In this document: in pieces, positions 35,114 to 47,822 of the stretch
How positions within the stretch are numbered: the stretch's first letter is position 1
Layout: the number at the start of each line of letters is the position of its first letter
NCBI GenBank assembly: GCA_038255145.1
Contig: JBBSLP010000020.1
Location: forward strand, 3,986 to 67,985
Direction of reading: 5' to 3'
DNA from: Acidimicrobiales bacterium
Lineage (GTDB): Bacteria; Actinomycetota; Acidimicrobiia; Acidimicrobiales; CAIXPF01
Length of the DNA stretch: 64,000 nucleotides
Translations under genes and position numbers: made by a program
Notes under the pieces: generated by a model
Seen by the model: only the letters and a program-made list of their open reading frames with translations
What the model was told of the DNA's origin: nothing
Databases searched by the model: none

Positions 35114-35626
35114 GCCCCAGATCGTGTCGCTGTCGTAGGGGCGCTGGCGGACGGGGCCGTCGGCCTTCTTCCAGATCATCACCCGGCGCTTGAAGTAGCA
35201 GACCTCTTCGCCCCGCTGGTTGATGCCCTTGGTCTCCACCGTCACCACGCCCCGGTCGGGCCGCGACGCCGACTCGCGCTTCTCCAGCACCCGGGTCTCG
35301 GCGTAGATGGTGTCGCCGTGGAAGGTGGGCATCTTGTGCTGCAGGGTCTCGACCTCGAGGTTGGCGATGGCCGCACCCGACACGTCGGGCACGCTCATGC
35401 CCAGGACCAGGGAGTACACCAGGTTGCCCACGACCACGTTCTTGCCCTGCACGCTCTCGTGCTCGGCGAACCACACGTTGGTGTGCAGGGGGTGGTGGTT
35501 CATGGTGATCATGCAGAACAGGTGGTCATCGGCCTCGGTGATGGTCTTGCCCGGCCAGTGCTTGTAGACGTCCCCGACCTCGAAGTCCTCGTAGTAGCGG
35601 CCGAAGGGGCGCTCAAAGCTGGTCAT
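35111..35626 (-). CDS. MaoC-family (R)-specific enoyl-CoA hydratase/dehydratase
   Basis: This is the last 171 codons of the 1016-aa track ORF: MTSFERPFGRYYEDFEVGDVYKHWPGKTITEADDHLFCMITMNHHPLHTN..., a hot-dog fold hydratase. Confidence 0.85.
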   Translation of the reverse strand: MTSFERPFGRYYEDFEVGDVYKHWPGKTITEADDHLFCMITMNHHPLHTNVWFAEHESVQGKNVVVGNLVYSLVLGMSVPDVSGAAIANLEVETLQHKMPTFHGDTIYAETRVLEKRESASRPDRGVVTVETKGINQRGEEVCYFKRRVMIWKKADGPVRQRPYDSDTIWG

Positions 35627-35788
35627 GGCGGGGCAGCGTAGGGACTGGGCGCCCTCCTTCGTCAACCTGCCGCCGACCTGCCGCCGACCTGCCCGCCGCC
35701 TGTTCGTCCCGCCCGTCCCGCCCGGCGGCCAACCGTGCCGCGGTGGAAGATGTGTTGGAGGGCACGACCCCTCGGTATTCTTCGCGCC

Positions 35789-37393
35789 ATGAGCAGCGTC
35801 GATCTCCAGGAAGCCGCCGCAGCGATCGAGGCCGCCCACGGCGTGGTGCGCAAGGGCATCGATCAGCTGAAGGCCGCCGGCCCCACCGCGGTGGACACCC
35901 AGCAGGTGCTGGCCTACGACCTGGCCCACGCGGCCTCGGCCCTGGAGGCGGCCCGGGGCATGCTGGACTACGGGTCCCGGGGCGACGTCGAGGGCCGGCT
36001 GGCCGTGGCCTTCGTGGCCGACGCCGTGGGCGACATCGCCGCCAAGCTGTGGGGGCGCGAGGCCCAGTGGGGGGTGGGCCCCGACGCCCTCGACGCCGCC
36101 CGGGCCTTCGTCACCGCCTACCGGGACCCCGAGTTCCTGTCCGCCCTGGCCGGCGAGCCCGGCCCCCGCCACCTCGACCCCGACTTCGAGATGGTGCAGG
36201 ACGCCTTCCGGCGCTTCGCCGAGGAGAAGATCGCCCCCCGGGCCGAGCACATCCACCGCCAGAACACCGACATCCCCGAGGACATCATCTCCGGCCTGGG
36301 CGAGATGGGGGCCTTCGGCCTCTCCATCGCCGAGGAGCACGGTGGCTACGCCTCGGGCGGCGAGAGCGACTACCTGGGCATGGTCATCGCCACGGAGGAG
36401 CTGTCCCGCGCCTCGCTGGGCGCGGGCGGGTCGCTCATCACCCGGCCCGAGATCCTGGCCCGGGCGCTGGAAGCCGGGGGGACCGACGAGCAGAAGGCGG
36501 CCTGGCTGCCCCGCCTGGCCACCGGCGAGATCATGGCCGCGGTGGCCCTGACCGAGCCCGACTACGGCTCCGACGTGGCCGGCCTCAAGGTCACGGCCAC
36601 CCGCACCGAGGGCGGCTGGCTCATCAACGGCGTCAAGACCTGGTGCACGTTCGCGGCCCGGGCCGACGTGCTCATGCTCCTGGCCCGCACCGACCCCGAC
36701 CGGTCCAAGACCCACCGGGGCCTGTCCATGTTCATCGTGCCCAAGCCCCGGGCCGAGGGTCACGGCTTCCGCTTCACCCAGGAAGCCGGCGGTGACGGCG
36801 GCGCCCCCGGCGGCGGCGTGCTCGACGGACGGGCCATCGACACCATCGGCTACCGGGGGATGCACTCCTACGAGCTGGCCTTCGATGCCTGGTTCGTGCC
36901 CGACGGCAACCTCATCGGCGGCGACAGCGGGCTGGGCCGGGGCTTCTACTACCAGATGGCCGGGTTCGAGAACGGCCGCCTGCAGACCGCGGCCCGGGCC
37001 GTGGGCGTCATGCAGGCCGCCTACGAGGTGGCCCACGACTACGCCGCCAACCGGGTTGTGTTCGGCACGGCCATCGGTGACTACCAGCTGACCCGGGCCA
37101 AGCTCGGCCGCATGGCCGTCACCATCCAGGCCGCCCGCCAGTTCATGTACTCGGTGGGGCGCATGATGGCCAAGGGCGAGGGCCAGATGGAGGCCTCGAT
37201 GGTGAAGGCCTACGTGTGCCGGGCCGCAGAATGGGTCACCCGTGAGGCCCTGCAGATCCACGGCGGCATGGGCTACGCCGAGGAGTTCACCGTCAGCCGC
37301 CTGTTCGTCGACGCCCGGGTGCTGTCGATCTTCGAAGGCGCTGACGAGACCCTGTGCCTCAAGGTCATCGCCCGCCGCCTCGTCGCCGAGTGA
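35789..37393 (+). CDS. acyl-CoA dehydrogenase family protein (long N-terminal extension type)
   Basis: Starting from ATG 35789: ...AAVALTEPDYGSDVAGLKVTA...GWLINGVKTWCTFA...QIHGGMGYAEEFTVSRLFVDARVLSIFEGADE. Confidence 0.9.
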   Translation: MSSVDLQEAAAAIEAAHGVVRKGIDQLKAAGPTAVDTQQVLAYDLAHAASALEAARGMLDYGSRGDVEGRLAVAFVADAVGDIAAKLWGREAQWGVGPDALDAARAFVTAYRDPEFLSALAGEPGPRHLDPDFEMVQDAFRRFAEEKIAPRAEHIHRQNTDIPEDIISGLGEMGAFGLSIAEEHGGYASGGESDYLGMVIATEELSRASLGAGGSLITRPEILARALEAGGTDEQKAAWLPRLATGEIMAAVALTEPDYGSDVAGLKVTATRTEGGWLINGVKTWCTFAARADVLMLLARTDPDRSKTHRGLSMFIVPKPRAEGHGFRFTQEAGGDGGAPGGGVLDGRAIDTIGYRGMHSYELAFDAWFVPDGNLIGGDSGLGRGFYYQMAGFENGRLQTAARAVGVMQAAYEVAHDYAANRVVFGTAIGDYQLTRAKLGRMAVTIQAARQFMYSVGRMMAKGEGQMEASMVKAYVCRAAEWVTREALQIHGGMGYAEEFTVSRLFVDARVLSIFEGADETLCLKVIARRLVAE

Positions 37394-37402
37394 CCTGAGC
37401 GA

Positions 37403-37452
37403 GACGCGAAACGGGGCCCGGTCGGCAGTTGCCGACCGGGCCCCGTCGCGTC
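37403..37452. terminator. bidirectional stem-loop between convergent genes
   Basis: acggggcccggtcggc-agtt-gccgaccgggccccgt is a perfect 16-bp stem (37411-37446), extended by gacgcg/cgcgtc. It sits between the stops at 37393 (+) and 37462 (-). Confidence 0.7.
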
Positions 37453-37461
37453 CGGACGTGC

Positions 37462-38397
37462 TTAGGAGTGGACCATCTTGTTGCGCTCGCCGCGGGACTT
37501 GATCTTCAGGCACACCTTGCGGCTGGCCTCGTCGATCATCTCCTCGCCGAACATCACCGCCCCCTTGCGGTCGCCGGTGGTGGTGGCCTCGTCGTAGGCG
37601 TCGAGCACGTCGAGGGCCTTGTCGAACTGTTCCTGGGTGGGGCTGAACACCTCGTTCAGGATGGTCACCTGGTCGGGGTGCAGGGCCCACTTGCCGTCGA
37701 AGCCGAGGATGTAGGTCCGGGTGCAGTAGTCCCGGAAGCCCTCGGGGTCGCGCACCTTGACGTAGGGACCGTCGATGACCTGCAGGCCGTTGGCCCGCCC
37801 GGCCATGAGGATCTTCATGAACACGTAGTGGAAGTAGTCGCCGGGGTACTCGGGGATCTGCAGGCCCCCGGACAGGTTCGGCATCTCCATGGAGGCCGAG
37901 AAGTCGACCGGACCGAGGATGACGGTCTCGAGGCGGGGGGAGGCGGCGCAGATCTCCTCGACGTTGATCAGGCCCCGGGCCGTCTCGATCTGGGCCTCGA
38001 TGCCGATGTGGCCGATGGGGAGCCCGGCGTTCTTCTCCACCTGGGTGAGCAACAGGTCCAGCGCCACCACCTCGGCCGCGGACTGCACCTTGGGCAGCAT
38101 GACCTCTTCGAGGCGCTCGCCGGCGCCGCCGACGACCTCGATGACGTCGCCGTAGGTCCACTTCGTGTCCCAGGCGTTGATGCGGACGCAGAGGACGGTC
38201 TCGCCCCAGTCCTGGTCGCGGATGGCGGCGACGACCTTCTTGCGGGCCGACTCCTTCTCGAGCGGCGAGACCGAGTCCTCCATGTCGAGGAACTTCATGT
38301 CGGCCGGCAGGCTGGGACCCTTGGCCAGCATCTTCTCGCTGGAACCGGGGATCGAAAGACAGGACCTACGCGGCAGGTCTCGGGAACGTGCTGACAT
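37462..38397 (-). CDS. HpcH/HpaI aldolase / citrate-lyase beta (CitE)-like acyl-CoA lyase
   Basis: Starting from ATG 38397: MSARSRDLPRRSCLSIPGSSEKMLAKG...DMEDSV...MLPKV...GIEAQIETARGL...LGPVDFSASM, typical of malyl/citramalyl-CoA lyase-like enzymes. Confidence 0.85.
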   Translation of the reverse strand: MSARSRDLPRRSCLSIPGSSEKMLAKGPSLPADMKFLDMEDSVSPLEKESARKKVVAAIRDQDWGETVLCVRINAWDTKWTYGDVIEVVGGAGERLEEVMLPKVQSAAEVVALDLLLTQVEKNAGLPIGHIGIEAQIETARGLINVEEICAASPRLETVILGPVDFSASMEMPNLSGGLQIPEYPGDYFHYVFMKILMAGRANGLQVIDGPYVKVRDPEGFRDYCTRTYILGFDGKWALHPDQVTILNEVFSPTQEQFDKALDVLDAYDEATTTGDRKGAVMFGEEMIDEASRKVCLKIKSRGERNKMVHS

Positions 38398-38479
38398 GGG
38401 TCGGCAGCGTACGTGCCGGACGCCACGGTCGGCCAACGGTCCTGACCGCGCGGTAGCTAGCGGCGCGGCCGCTCCCCGT

Positions 38480-39061
38480 TCACCAGGGGCGGGACCAGGT
38501 GGCCCAGTCGAAGGGCTCGATGCCGTCCTCGGTCAGGCGCCAGATGGAGGGCGTGGGCACCCCGTCGGTGATGTCGAGGTAGCCGATGGTGCCCAGCTGG
38601 GTGTTGAGCTGGTGGGGGTAGGTGGGCGAGCCCGGGTTCACGCACAGCACGCCGTCGAGGGTGAGGATGGACTCGACGTGGGTGTCGCCGTAGACGATGA
38701 CGTCGGGGCTGTTGCCCTCGAAGTGGCGGTCGACCCAGCGGGCCACGGTGTAGTCCGGTGGCCGGGGGGGCATGGGCAGGTCGTGGATGAGGCCGATGTC
38801 CACCCCGCCCAGCTCCAGGCGCCAGGTGTAGCGGACCAGGGGGTGCTCGGGCTGGATGGGCCGGCCGCCCGAGCCGTCCTCGCCGTCGCCCCGGGCTACC
38901 CACAGCGGCGCCACCTCGGCCAACTGGTCGACCACGAAGAGCTCGTGGATGTCCCCGGCGTGGAGGATGGCGTCGACGTCGCGGAAGGCCTCGAAGACCT
39001 GGGGCCACAGCTGGGGCCGGGATTCGGGGATGTGGGTGTCGGCGACCAGACCGATGCGCAT
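38480..39061 (-). CDS. metallophosphoesterase family protein (YfcE-like)
   Basis: The ORF is 193 aa: MRIGLVADTHIPE...ILHAGDI...GDTHV...NPGS. Confidence 0.85.
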   Translation of the reverse strand: MRIGLVADTHIPESRPQLWPQVFEAFRDVDAILHAGDIHELFVVDQLAEVAPLWVARGDGEDGSGGRPIQPEHPLVRYTWRLELGGVDIGLIHDLPMPPRPPDYTVARWVDRHFEGNSPDVIVYGDTHVESILTLDGVLCVNPGSPTYPHQLNTQLGTIGYLDITDGVPTPSIWRLTEDGIEPFDWATWSRPW

Positions 39062-39097
39062 GGGTCGGGAGGGTAGCCCCCAGCTGTGACGGCGCGG

Positions 39098-39901
39098 CTA
39101 GAGGATGCCCTCTTTGAACAGCTCGGGGGCGATGGGCGTGTCGACATGGCGTAGGGCCTCGGCCACGTCTTCGGCGCCGCGGGCGCCGACCACCTTGGTG
39201 ATCAGGTCGAGGGGGACGATCTCCTCGTCGGCCTCCCAGGGCTCATCGGCGCCGTCGAGGCGGCTGTCGATGACCTCCCACAGGCGACGGGGCACGAAGC
39301 GCCCGACGCCGGCCACCAGCCACACCTGCTTGCCGGCGTGGAGGGCCACGGCGGCGGCGGCGTGGGAGCCGGCCACGGCCACGAAGGCGTCGGGGCCGAC
39401 CACGGAGGCCTCGATGAGGACCACGTCGGCTGTGGCTGCGGCAGCGCCGAGACCGGCCTGGGGTACGTCCTGGGCGTCGACGTCGGAGCGGCGCAGGCGG
39501 CGGACCAGGCCACCGCCCTCGCCCAGGGTGTCGACGACGAGCACGTCGAGGTCCCCACGGGCGGGCAGGGCCTCGGCGATGACCTCGGGCCAGCCCAGCA
39601 CGACCACGGTGGCGTCGTCGGGCAGGGCGTGGGACAGGTGGCGGGCGGTGCGGTCGGCCTCGAACTCGTCGGCGGCCAGCCACGCCTCGCGCATGGCGTC
39701 GGGGGCGGTGCACGCCCGTGACGTCAGCCACCAGAGGGGTCCAGAGCTGAGGTGGCGGGCCAGCATGCGCCGACAGGCCATGACCAGGCCGGCGGGGTCG
39801 TCACGGAAGGCGCCCAGGGAGCCCGCCGTCTCCCTGACCAGGGACGTTTGATCGGCGCCGGAGGCTCGGGCCACGTAGCGCAACCGCTCGATGGGATGCA
39901 C
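39098..39901 (-). CDS. hypothetical protein
   Basis: The ORF is 267 aa with good codon bias. It faintly recalls eIF-2B/MtnA-like Rossmann proteins (VVLIEASVVGPDAFVAVAGSHAAA), but I cannot support a functional call. Confidence 0.6.
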   Translation of the reverse strand: MHPIERLRYVARASGADQTSLVRETAGSLGAFRDDPAGLVMACRRMLARHLSSGPLWWLTSRACTAPDAMREAWLAADEFEADRTARHLSHALPDDATVVVLGWPEVIAEALPARGDLDVLVVDTLGEGGGLVRRLRRSDVDAQDVPQAGLGAAAATADVVLIEASVVGPDAFVAVAGSHAAAAVALHAGKQVWLVAGVGRFVPRRLWEVIDSRLDGADEPWEADEEIVPLDLITKVVGARGAEDVAEALRHVDTPIAPELFKEGIL

Positions 39902-39994
39902 AGGGCCACGCTACCCCCGCCCCACGGCGGGGCCGAAGGCGGCCGGACGGCCGTGATCTGATCGAACCGGCCCGGCTGGGGTACCTTTCCACCC

Positions 39995-40504
39995 GTGGTG
40001 GCCATCGACGTTCCCGCCGGCTTGAAGCTGCAACCGATCGGCGCCGAGGCCCGCCCGGTCGAGGAGTGGACGATCACGTTCCAGCTCCTGGCCGTCGTGC
40101 TCGACCCCTACACCTACGAGAGCGCCTGGGTGCTGGAGACGGCCGGTCGGATCCTGGAGCACTTCCAGGGGGCCAGCGTGCGCAACGCCTTCGTGCTCAC
40201 CTGCGACGAGGCCGACGCCAAGGCGTTCCTGGGCCCATGGGCCAAGAAGGTGCTGACCTTCGTCGATCCCGAGCGCGAGTTCGTCAAGGCGTGCGGGCTC
40301 GACCGCCTGCCCGCCCTGGTCCACCTGCGCCAGGACCTCGTCATCGAAGCGGCGGCCGAGGGCTGGCAGCCCATGGCGTGGCGGGCCATCGGCCACGAGG
40401 TGGCGCGCGAGCGCAACTGGACCCGGCCGACCATCCCCTCCCCCAAGGACCCCGACCCCTTCGAGGGCAGCCCCGCCCTGGGTCGCACCGCCCTCGGCGC
40501 CTAG
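39995..40504 (+). CDS. hypothetical protein (possibly thioredoxin-fold-like, no CxxC)
   Basis: The ORF is 169 aa with strong G/C-ending codon usage. No catalytic motif is recognised. Confidence 0.6.
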   Translation: MVAIDVPAGLKLQPIGAEARPVEEWTITFQLLAVVLDPYTYESAWVLETAGRILEHFQGASVRNAFVLTCDEADAKAFLGPWAKKVLTFVDPEREFVKACGLDRLPALVHLRQDLVIEAAAEGWQPMAWRAIGHEVARERNWTRPTIPSPKDPDPFEGSPALGRTALGA

Positions 40505-41100
40505 CACTCGCCTGCGGCCTGCCAGCGCCGCTGCCCGGTCACCGGCGCCGGCGGCGTCACTGCCGCCGGGGACCAGGTCCTCGATCGGTTCCGCATCACG
40601 GCGAATCGCTCGTCGCGCCACGTCCGACGAGCCCTGCGCCCGCTCTCGCTGGGCGTGACCCGGCGGTGGTTTCTCGGCGCGTTGTTGCCCGGCCGGGTCC
40701 CAGCTGAACGCATCCTCCTATGCGAGCCGTACGCCCATGCGTCCGGCTCGCCGGCCAGGCGGTTCCGGGCGGCACCTGAACGCATGCACCTACGCCAGCG
40801 GTAGGTGCCCGCGGCCGCGACGGGGTCCGTCGCCGGTCAGCGGGGGTGCGACGATTGCCCAGCAGCCTGCGAGCGGGCCGGATGGCGCCGAGAACGGCAC
40901 CAGGCGGGTGGTCGAGGACACGCAGCCCGCCGAGTCGACCGATCAGCGAGACCCGTCGAATCGCTGGCGATTCGACGTGGTGACCGCCGCCACGAGGATC
41001 GAGCCCGGCGTGATGCGTCGATGGCGCTCGGCACGGTTCCTGGACCCTGTCCCCCGACCATCCGGGCGTCATCCGGCCGCCCTGGGTGGCGCAGACCAGG

Positions 41101-42669
41101 TCAGGCCGAGGTGCGGCCGGGGAGCAGGGCCTGGAGGGCCTCGAGGGTGTCGGCCTGGGCCGGGGCCTTGTCGGGGCGGTAGCGGCGCACCCGGGCGAAG
41201 CGCAGGGCCACGCCGCCGGGGTAGCGCACCGAGGCCTGGACCCCGTCGAGGGCGATCTCGACCACCAGCTCGGGGCGCACGTGGACGACGATGCCCTCGG
41301 TGGCCACGGCCAACGCCTGCAGGGCCTCGGTCTGCCACGTGAGCAGCTGGTCGGTCAGGCCCTTGAACGTCTTGCCCACCATGACGAAGCCGCCGTCAGC
41401 CCCCCGGGCCCCCAGGTGCAGGTTGGACAGCCAGCCCCGACGGCGGCCGTGGCCCCACTCAGCCGCCAGCACCACCAGGTCGACGGTGTGCACGGGCTTG
41501 ACCTTGCGCCATGCCCCACCCCGGCGGCCGGCGTCGTAGGCCGCATGCAGAGCCTTGACCACCACGCCCTCGTGACCGGCGGCCACGGTGGCGTCGAGGA
41601 AGGCACCGGCCTCGACCGGATCAGCGGTGACCAGGCCGGGCACCAGCAGCGGCCCGACCAGGCCACCGAGTGCCGCCCGGCGCTCGACCAAGGGGCGGTC
41701 GATCAGGTCGTCGCCGCCCAGGTGGAGCACGTCGAAGAACCACGGTCGCAGCCCCCGGGCCCGGGCCGCGGCCACGGCAGCGTCGGCTGCACCGCCCGCA
41801 GGACCCTCGTCCCCGGCCCGCTCGGTGCCGAAGCGGCTCATGGTGTCCTGGAAGGCGTGGGGGCGGCCGTCGTCGTCGGCGCCGATGACCTCGCCGTCGA
41901 GCACGAAGCGGTCCACGGGCAGGCTGCGGGCCAACTCGACCACCTCGGGCAGCCGGGACGTCACCTCGTTGAGGGCCCGGCTGTAGATGGCCACCTCGTC
42001 CCCGGCCCGATGGACCTGGATGCGGGCACCGTCCAACTTCCACTCCACCGACGCCTCGCCGGTGGCGGCCAGGGCGGCGGCGACGTCGTCGGCCCCCGCC
42101 GCCAGCATGGGCTGCAACGGCCGACCGACCACGAGCCCCACGCCCGACAGGCCGGCCTCGCCCTGGGTCAGCGCGGCCAGGGCCACGTCGCGCAGGTCGC
42201 CATCGAGCAGGTGGGCCCGACGCACGATGGCCAGGGGAACCTCGGCGGCCTTGGCGAGGGCGTCTGCCATCAGACCCTCGAGCGCCCCCTGGCGCAGGCC
42301 GCCGGTCAGCAGCTGGCGCAGGAAGTCACCTTCGGCAGCGGTGGCCTGGTCCAACACCCCACCGAGGACCGCAGCCCGGCGGGCCACGGAACCAGGCCCA
42401 CTGGTCGCCGCCAGCTCGCTCAGCGCGGCGTCGACCTCGCCCACGGTCAGGCTGGGCTCATCCGCAGGCGTGGACCCGGGGCGGTAGGCGGTGGCCCAAC
42501 CCACACCCACCCGACCCTGGCGCGGCTGGCCGGTCAGGAAGCCCACGCCGGCGGTGATCTCGGCCGGGGGCAGGTGGCGCAGCAGCTCGGCCAGGGCCGC
42601 CACCTTGGCCGTGCGGGAGCGCGTCGCCCCCACCACGGCCGAGGTGGCCACCAGTTCGGCCAGCAGCAC
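41101..42669 (-). CDS. ATP-dependent DNA ligase
   Basis: The ORF is 522 aa: EWKLDGARIQVH (adenylation Lys motif), FVLDGEVI, EGVVVKAL, WRKVKP. Confidence 0.9.
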   Translation of the reverse strand: MLLAELVATSAVVGATRSRTAKVAALAELLRHLPPAEITAGVGFLTGQPRQGRVGVGWATAYRPGSTPADEPSLTVGEVDAALSELAATSGPGSVARRAAVLGGVLDQATAAEGDFLRQLLTGGLRQGALEGLMADALAKAAEVPLAIVRRAHLLDGDLRDVALAALTQGEAGLSGVGLVVGRPLQPMLAAGADDVAAALAATGEASVEWKLDGARIQVHRAGDEVAIYSRALNEVTSRLPEVVELARSLPVDRFVLDGEVIGADDDGRPHAFQDTMSRFGTERAGDEGPAGGAADAAVAAARARGLRPWFFDVLHLGGDDLIDRPLVERRAALGGLVGPLLVPGLVTADPVEAGAFLDATVAAGHEGVVVKALHAAYDAGRRGGAWRKVKPVHTVDLVVLAAEWGHGRRRGWLSNLHLGARGADGGFVMVGKTFKGLTDQLLTWQTEALQALAVATEGIVVHVRPELVVEIALDGVQASVRYPGGVALRFARVRRYRPDKAPAQADTLEALQALLPGRTSA

Positions 42670-42715
42670 GTTCAGCGCACCGCCATCACGACGGCGGCGG
42701 CCAGACCGGTGCGGA

Positions 42716-43735
42716 TCACGCCGACTTGAGGTCCTCGAGGACCCGCAGCCAACGCTCGGGGTCGGTCTTGTAGGGGGCGTAGAAGGAGATGCGGCTGATC
42801 ACGTCGCCGTAGCGGCGGTGCAGCTCGGGGGCGAGCTGCTCGGGCTCACCGACCACGGCGAAGGTGTTGAGCACCTCGTCGTCGATGAGCTCGGCCATCT
42901 CCGCCCACTTGCCCGCCTTGGACATGGTGTTGAGCTCGTCCTGCATGCCCCCCCACCCGTGCAGGTCCAGCACGGTGCGGTAGGCCGGCGTGGAGCCGTA
43001 GAAGGCGATCTGCTGGCGGGTGTCGCGGGCGTTGCTGGCCAGCTCGGCCTCGTCCTTGCCGGTGACCACGAAGGACGGCCCGACGATCTCGAAGCCCTCC
43101 ATGGTCTTGCCCACCTTGGCCCGGCCCCGCTCGAGCGCGGGGATGGTGACCTCACGCAGGTAGCGCTCGGTGGTGAAGCCGTGGCAGAGGAAGCCGTCGC
43201 ACACCTCACCGGCGACCTCGGTCATGAGCGTGCCCACGCCGGCCAGGAACACCTTGGGCGGCCCGTACTCGGACGGCCCCGGGTTGAAGAACGGCGTCAT
43301 CAGGGTGTGGGTGTAGAAGTCGCCCCGGAAGTCGAGCTTGGTGCCGTTCTGCCAGTTGTCCCAGATGGCCCGCATGGCCAGCACGAACTCGCGCATGCGG
43401 GGGGCGGGGTGCGACCACGGCATGGAGAAGCGCTTGGTGATGTGGGGCTTGATCTGGCTGCCCAGGCCGAGGATGAAGCGGCCCTTCGAGTACTGCTGCA
43501 GGTCCCACGACGTGTTGGCCGTCGTCATGGGGCTGCGGGCGAAGGCCACGGCGATGGACGTGCCCAGGTCGACCGTGCTGGTGTGCTCGGCCGCCAGCAG
43601 CAGGGGCAGGAACGGATCGTGACTGGTCTCCGCCGTCCAGATGCCCGAGTAGCCGGCCTTCTCGGCCTCGGCCGCCTGCTCGCCGGACTTGGTGAGATCG
43701 AAGCTGATGCCCCCGTCAACCTTCATGGCCGGCAA
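42716..43735 (-). CDS. LLM-class F420-dependent oxidoreductase
   Basis: The ORF is 339 aa: GYSGIWTAETSHDPFLPL...RFILGLGSQIKPHITKRFSMPW, the luciferase-like TIM barrel family. Confidence 0.85.
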   Translation of the reverse strand: MPAMKVDGGISFDLTKSGEQAAEAEKAGYSGIWTAETSHDPFLPLLLAAEHTSTVDLGTSIAVAFARSPMTTANTSWDLQQYSKGRFILGLGSQIKPHITKRFSMPWSHPAPRMREFVLAMRAIWDNWQNGTKLDFRGDFYTHTLMTPFFNPGPSEYGPPKVFLAGVGTLMTEVAGEVCDGFLCHGFTTERYLREVTIPALERGRAKVGKTMEGFEIVGPSFVVTGKDEAELASNARDTRQQIAFYGSTPAYRTVLDLHGWGGMQDELNTMSKAGKWAEMAELIDDEVLNTFAVVGEPEQLAPELHRRYGDVISRISFYAPYKTDPERWLRVLEDLKSA

Positions 43736-43772
43736 CCTAGCCCGGGGCTGACGCCGCTGTCAGAGCCCGCGC

Positions 43773-45200
<1,428 letters not shown>

Positions 45201-45242
45201 GCCCGCAAGCTACGGGGGCCCGGACGGACCACGCCGCGAACA

Positions 45243-45407
45243 TCAGCTCGAGCGACCTCGTCCCCGTCCCCGGGCTCGGCAGCGGCCGGCGACGGCGCGG
45301 CCACCGGTGCCAGCGCGGCGGAGGCGTCCCTGCACGTCGATCTCGGGCCAGATGCGCTCGCAGAAGGTGCTCGCGGTGACGATGTGGCGGTGGTCGTCGC
45401 AGGTCAT
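45243..45407 (-). CDS. candidate small protein (54 aa; below the ORF-track cutoff)
   Basis: My own reading gives MTCDDHRHIVTASTFCERIWPEIDVQGRLRRAG... with GGGAG 7 nt upstream. The first ~25 codons are all G/C-ending. The C-terminal half is R/G-rich and less convincing. Confidence 0.3.
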   Translation of the reverse strand: MTCDDHRHIVTASTFCERIWPEIDVQGRLRRAGTGGRAVAGRCRARGRGRGRSS

Positions 45408-45580
45408 GGCCGCTCCCGGGGTGTGTTCGCCTGTGCTGACGGCAGGCTACGCGACCAATTCGCCGGCGGGCTATGGGTAGAGCTCCACGCACGCAGGGTG
45501 GCCGCAGTGACAGTGTGCGTCACCGGCGACCGCCCTGCATGAGCGGAGATCACGACCGCGTACCCATCAGGGCCGCCCGG

Positions 45581-47254
<1,674 letters not shown>

Positions 47255-47345
47255 CCGCCATGCTCAGGCCCGTCACCAGCGGTTACGACCGTGAGAGCCC
47301 GGACCCGCCCGGCGCCCGGGAAACCGGTTCCGGGGTGGGGAACGG

Positions 47346-47771
47346 GTGGCACTACCGTCTTGGCTCGTGGACGAGCTCGAAGAAGGCACGGAGCTCCGGC
47401 TCGATTGGGACAAGCTGGGCAAGATCGGCGCCACCGGTGCCCAGGTGGTGCCCGTGGTGCTCCAGGAGGCCGACAGCGGCGAGGTGCTCTTCGTGGGCTA
47501 CGCCAACGAAGAGGCCCTGGCGGCCACGCTCGACCGGCGCAGCGCCGTCCTCTGGTCGACCTCCCGCAACGAGCTCTGGCACAAGGGCGCCACCTCGGGC
47601 GACACCCTCGAACTGGTCGACGTGCGCATCAACTGCGAGCAGAACTCGTTGCTCTACCTGGTACGACGCCAGGCCGGGGGCGCCTGCCACACGACGGATC
47701 GTGAGGGCGCCACCCGGCCTGGTTGCTACTACCGCCGCCTTGGTGCTGACGGCGTGCTCGAGTTCGTCTGA
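47346..47771 (+). CDS. hisI: phosphoribosyl-AMP cyclohydrolase
   Basis: VPVVLQEADSGEVLFVGYANEEALAATL...WSTSRNELWHKGATSGDTLELVDVRINCEQNSLLYLV...GACH. The start is uncertain by a few codons. Confidence 0.85.
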   Translation: MALPSWLVDELEEGTELRLDWDKLGKIGATGAQVVPVVLQEADSGEVLFVGYANEEALAATLDRRSAVLWSTSRNELWHKGATSGDTLELVDVRINCEQNSLLYLVRRQAGGACHTTDREGATRPGCYYRRLGADGVLEFV

Positions 47772-47822
47772 CGTCTTTCGCCACGAGCGAGAAGGTCGTC
47801 TGCCTCTCCCTGGAGAAACGTC

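Noticed and set aside
35111-38161. A 1016-aa minus-strand ORF, the longest in the track
   Set aside because: Only its last 171 codons (35111-35626) are a real MaoC gene. The rest is R/G/P/H-rich and runs antisense to a clearly genuine acyl-CoA dehydrogenase (+) and in a wrong frame over the CitE-like gene. It is a classic high-GC shadow ORF.
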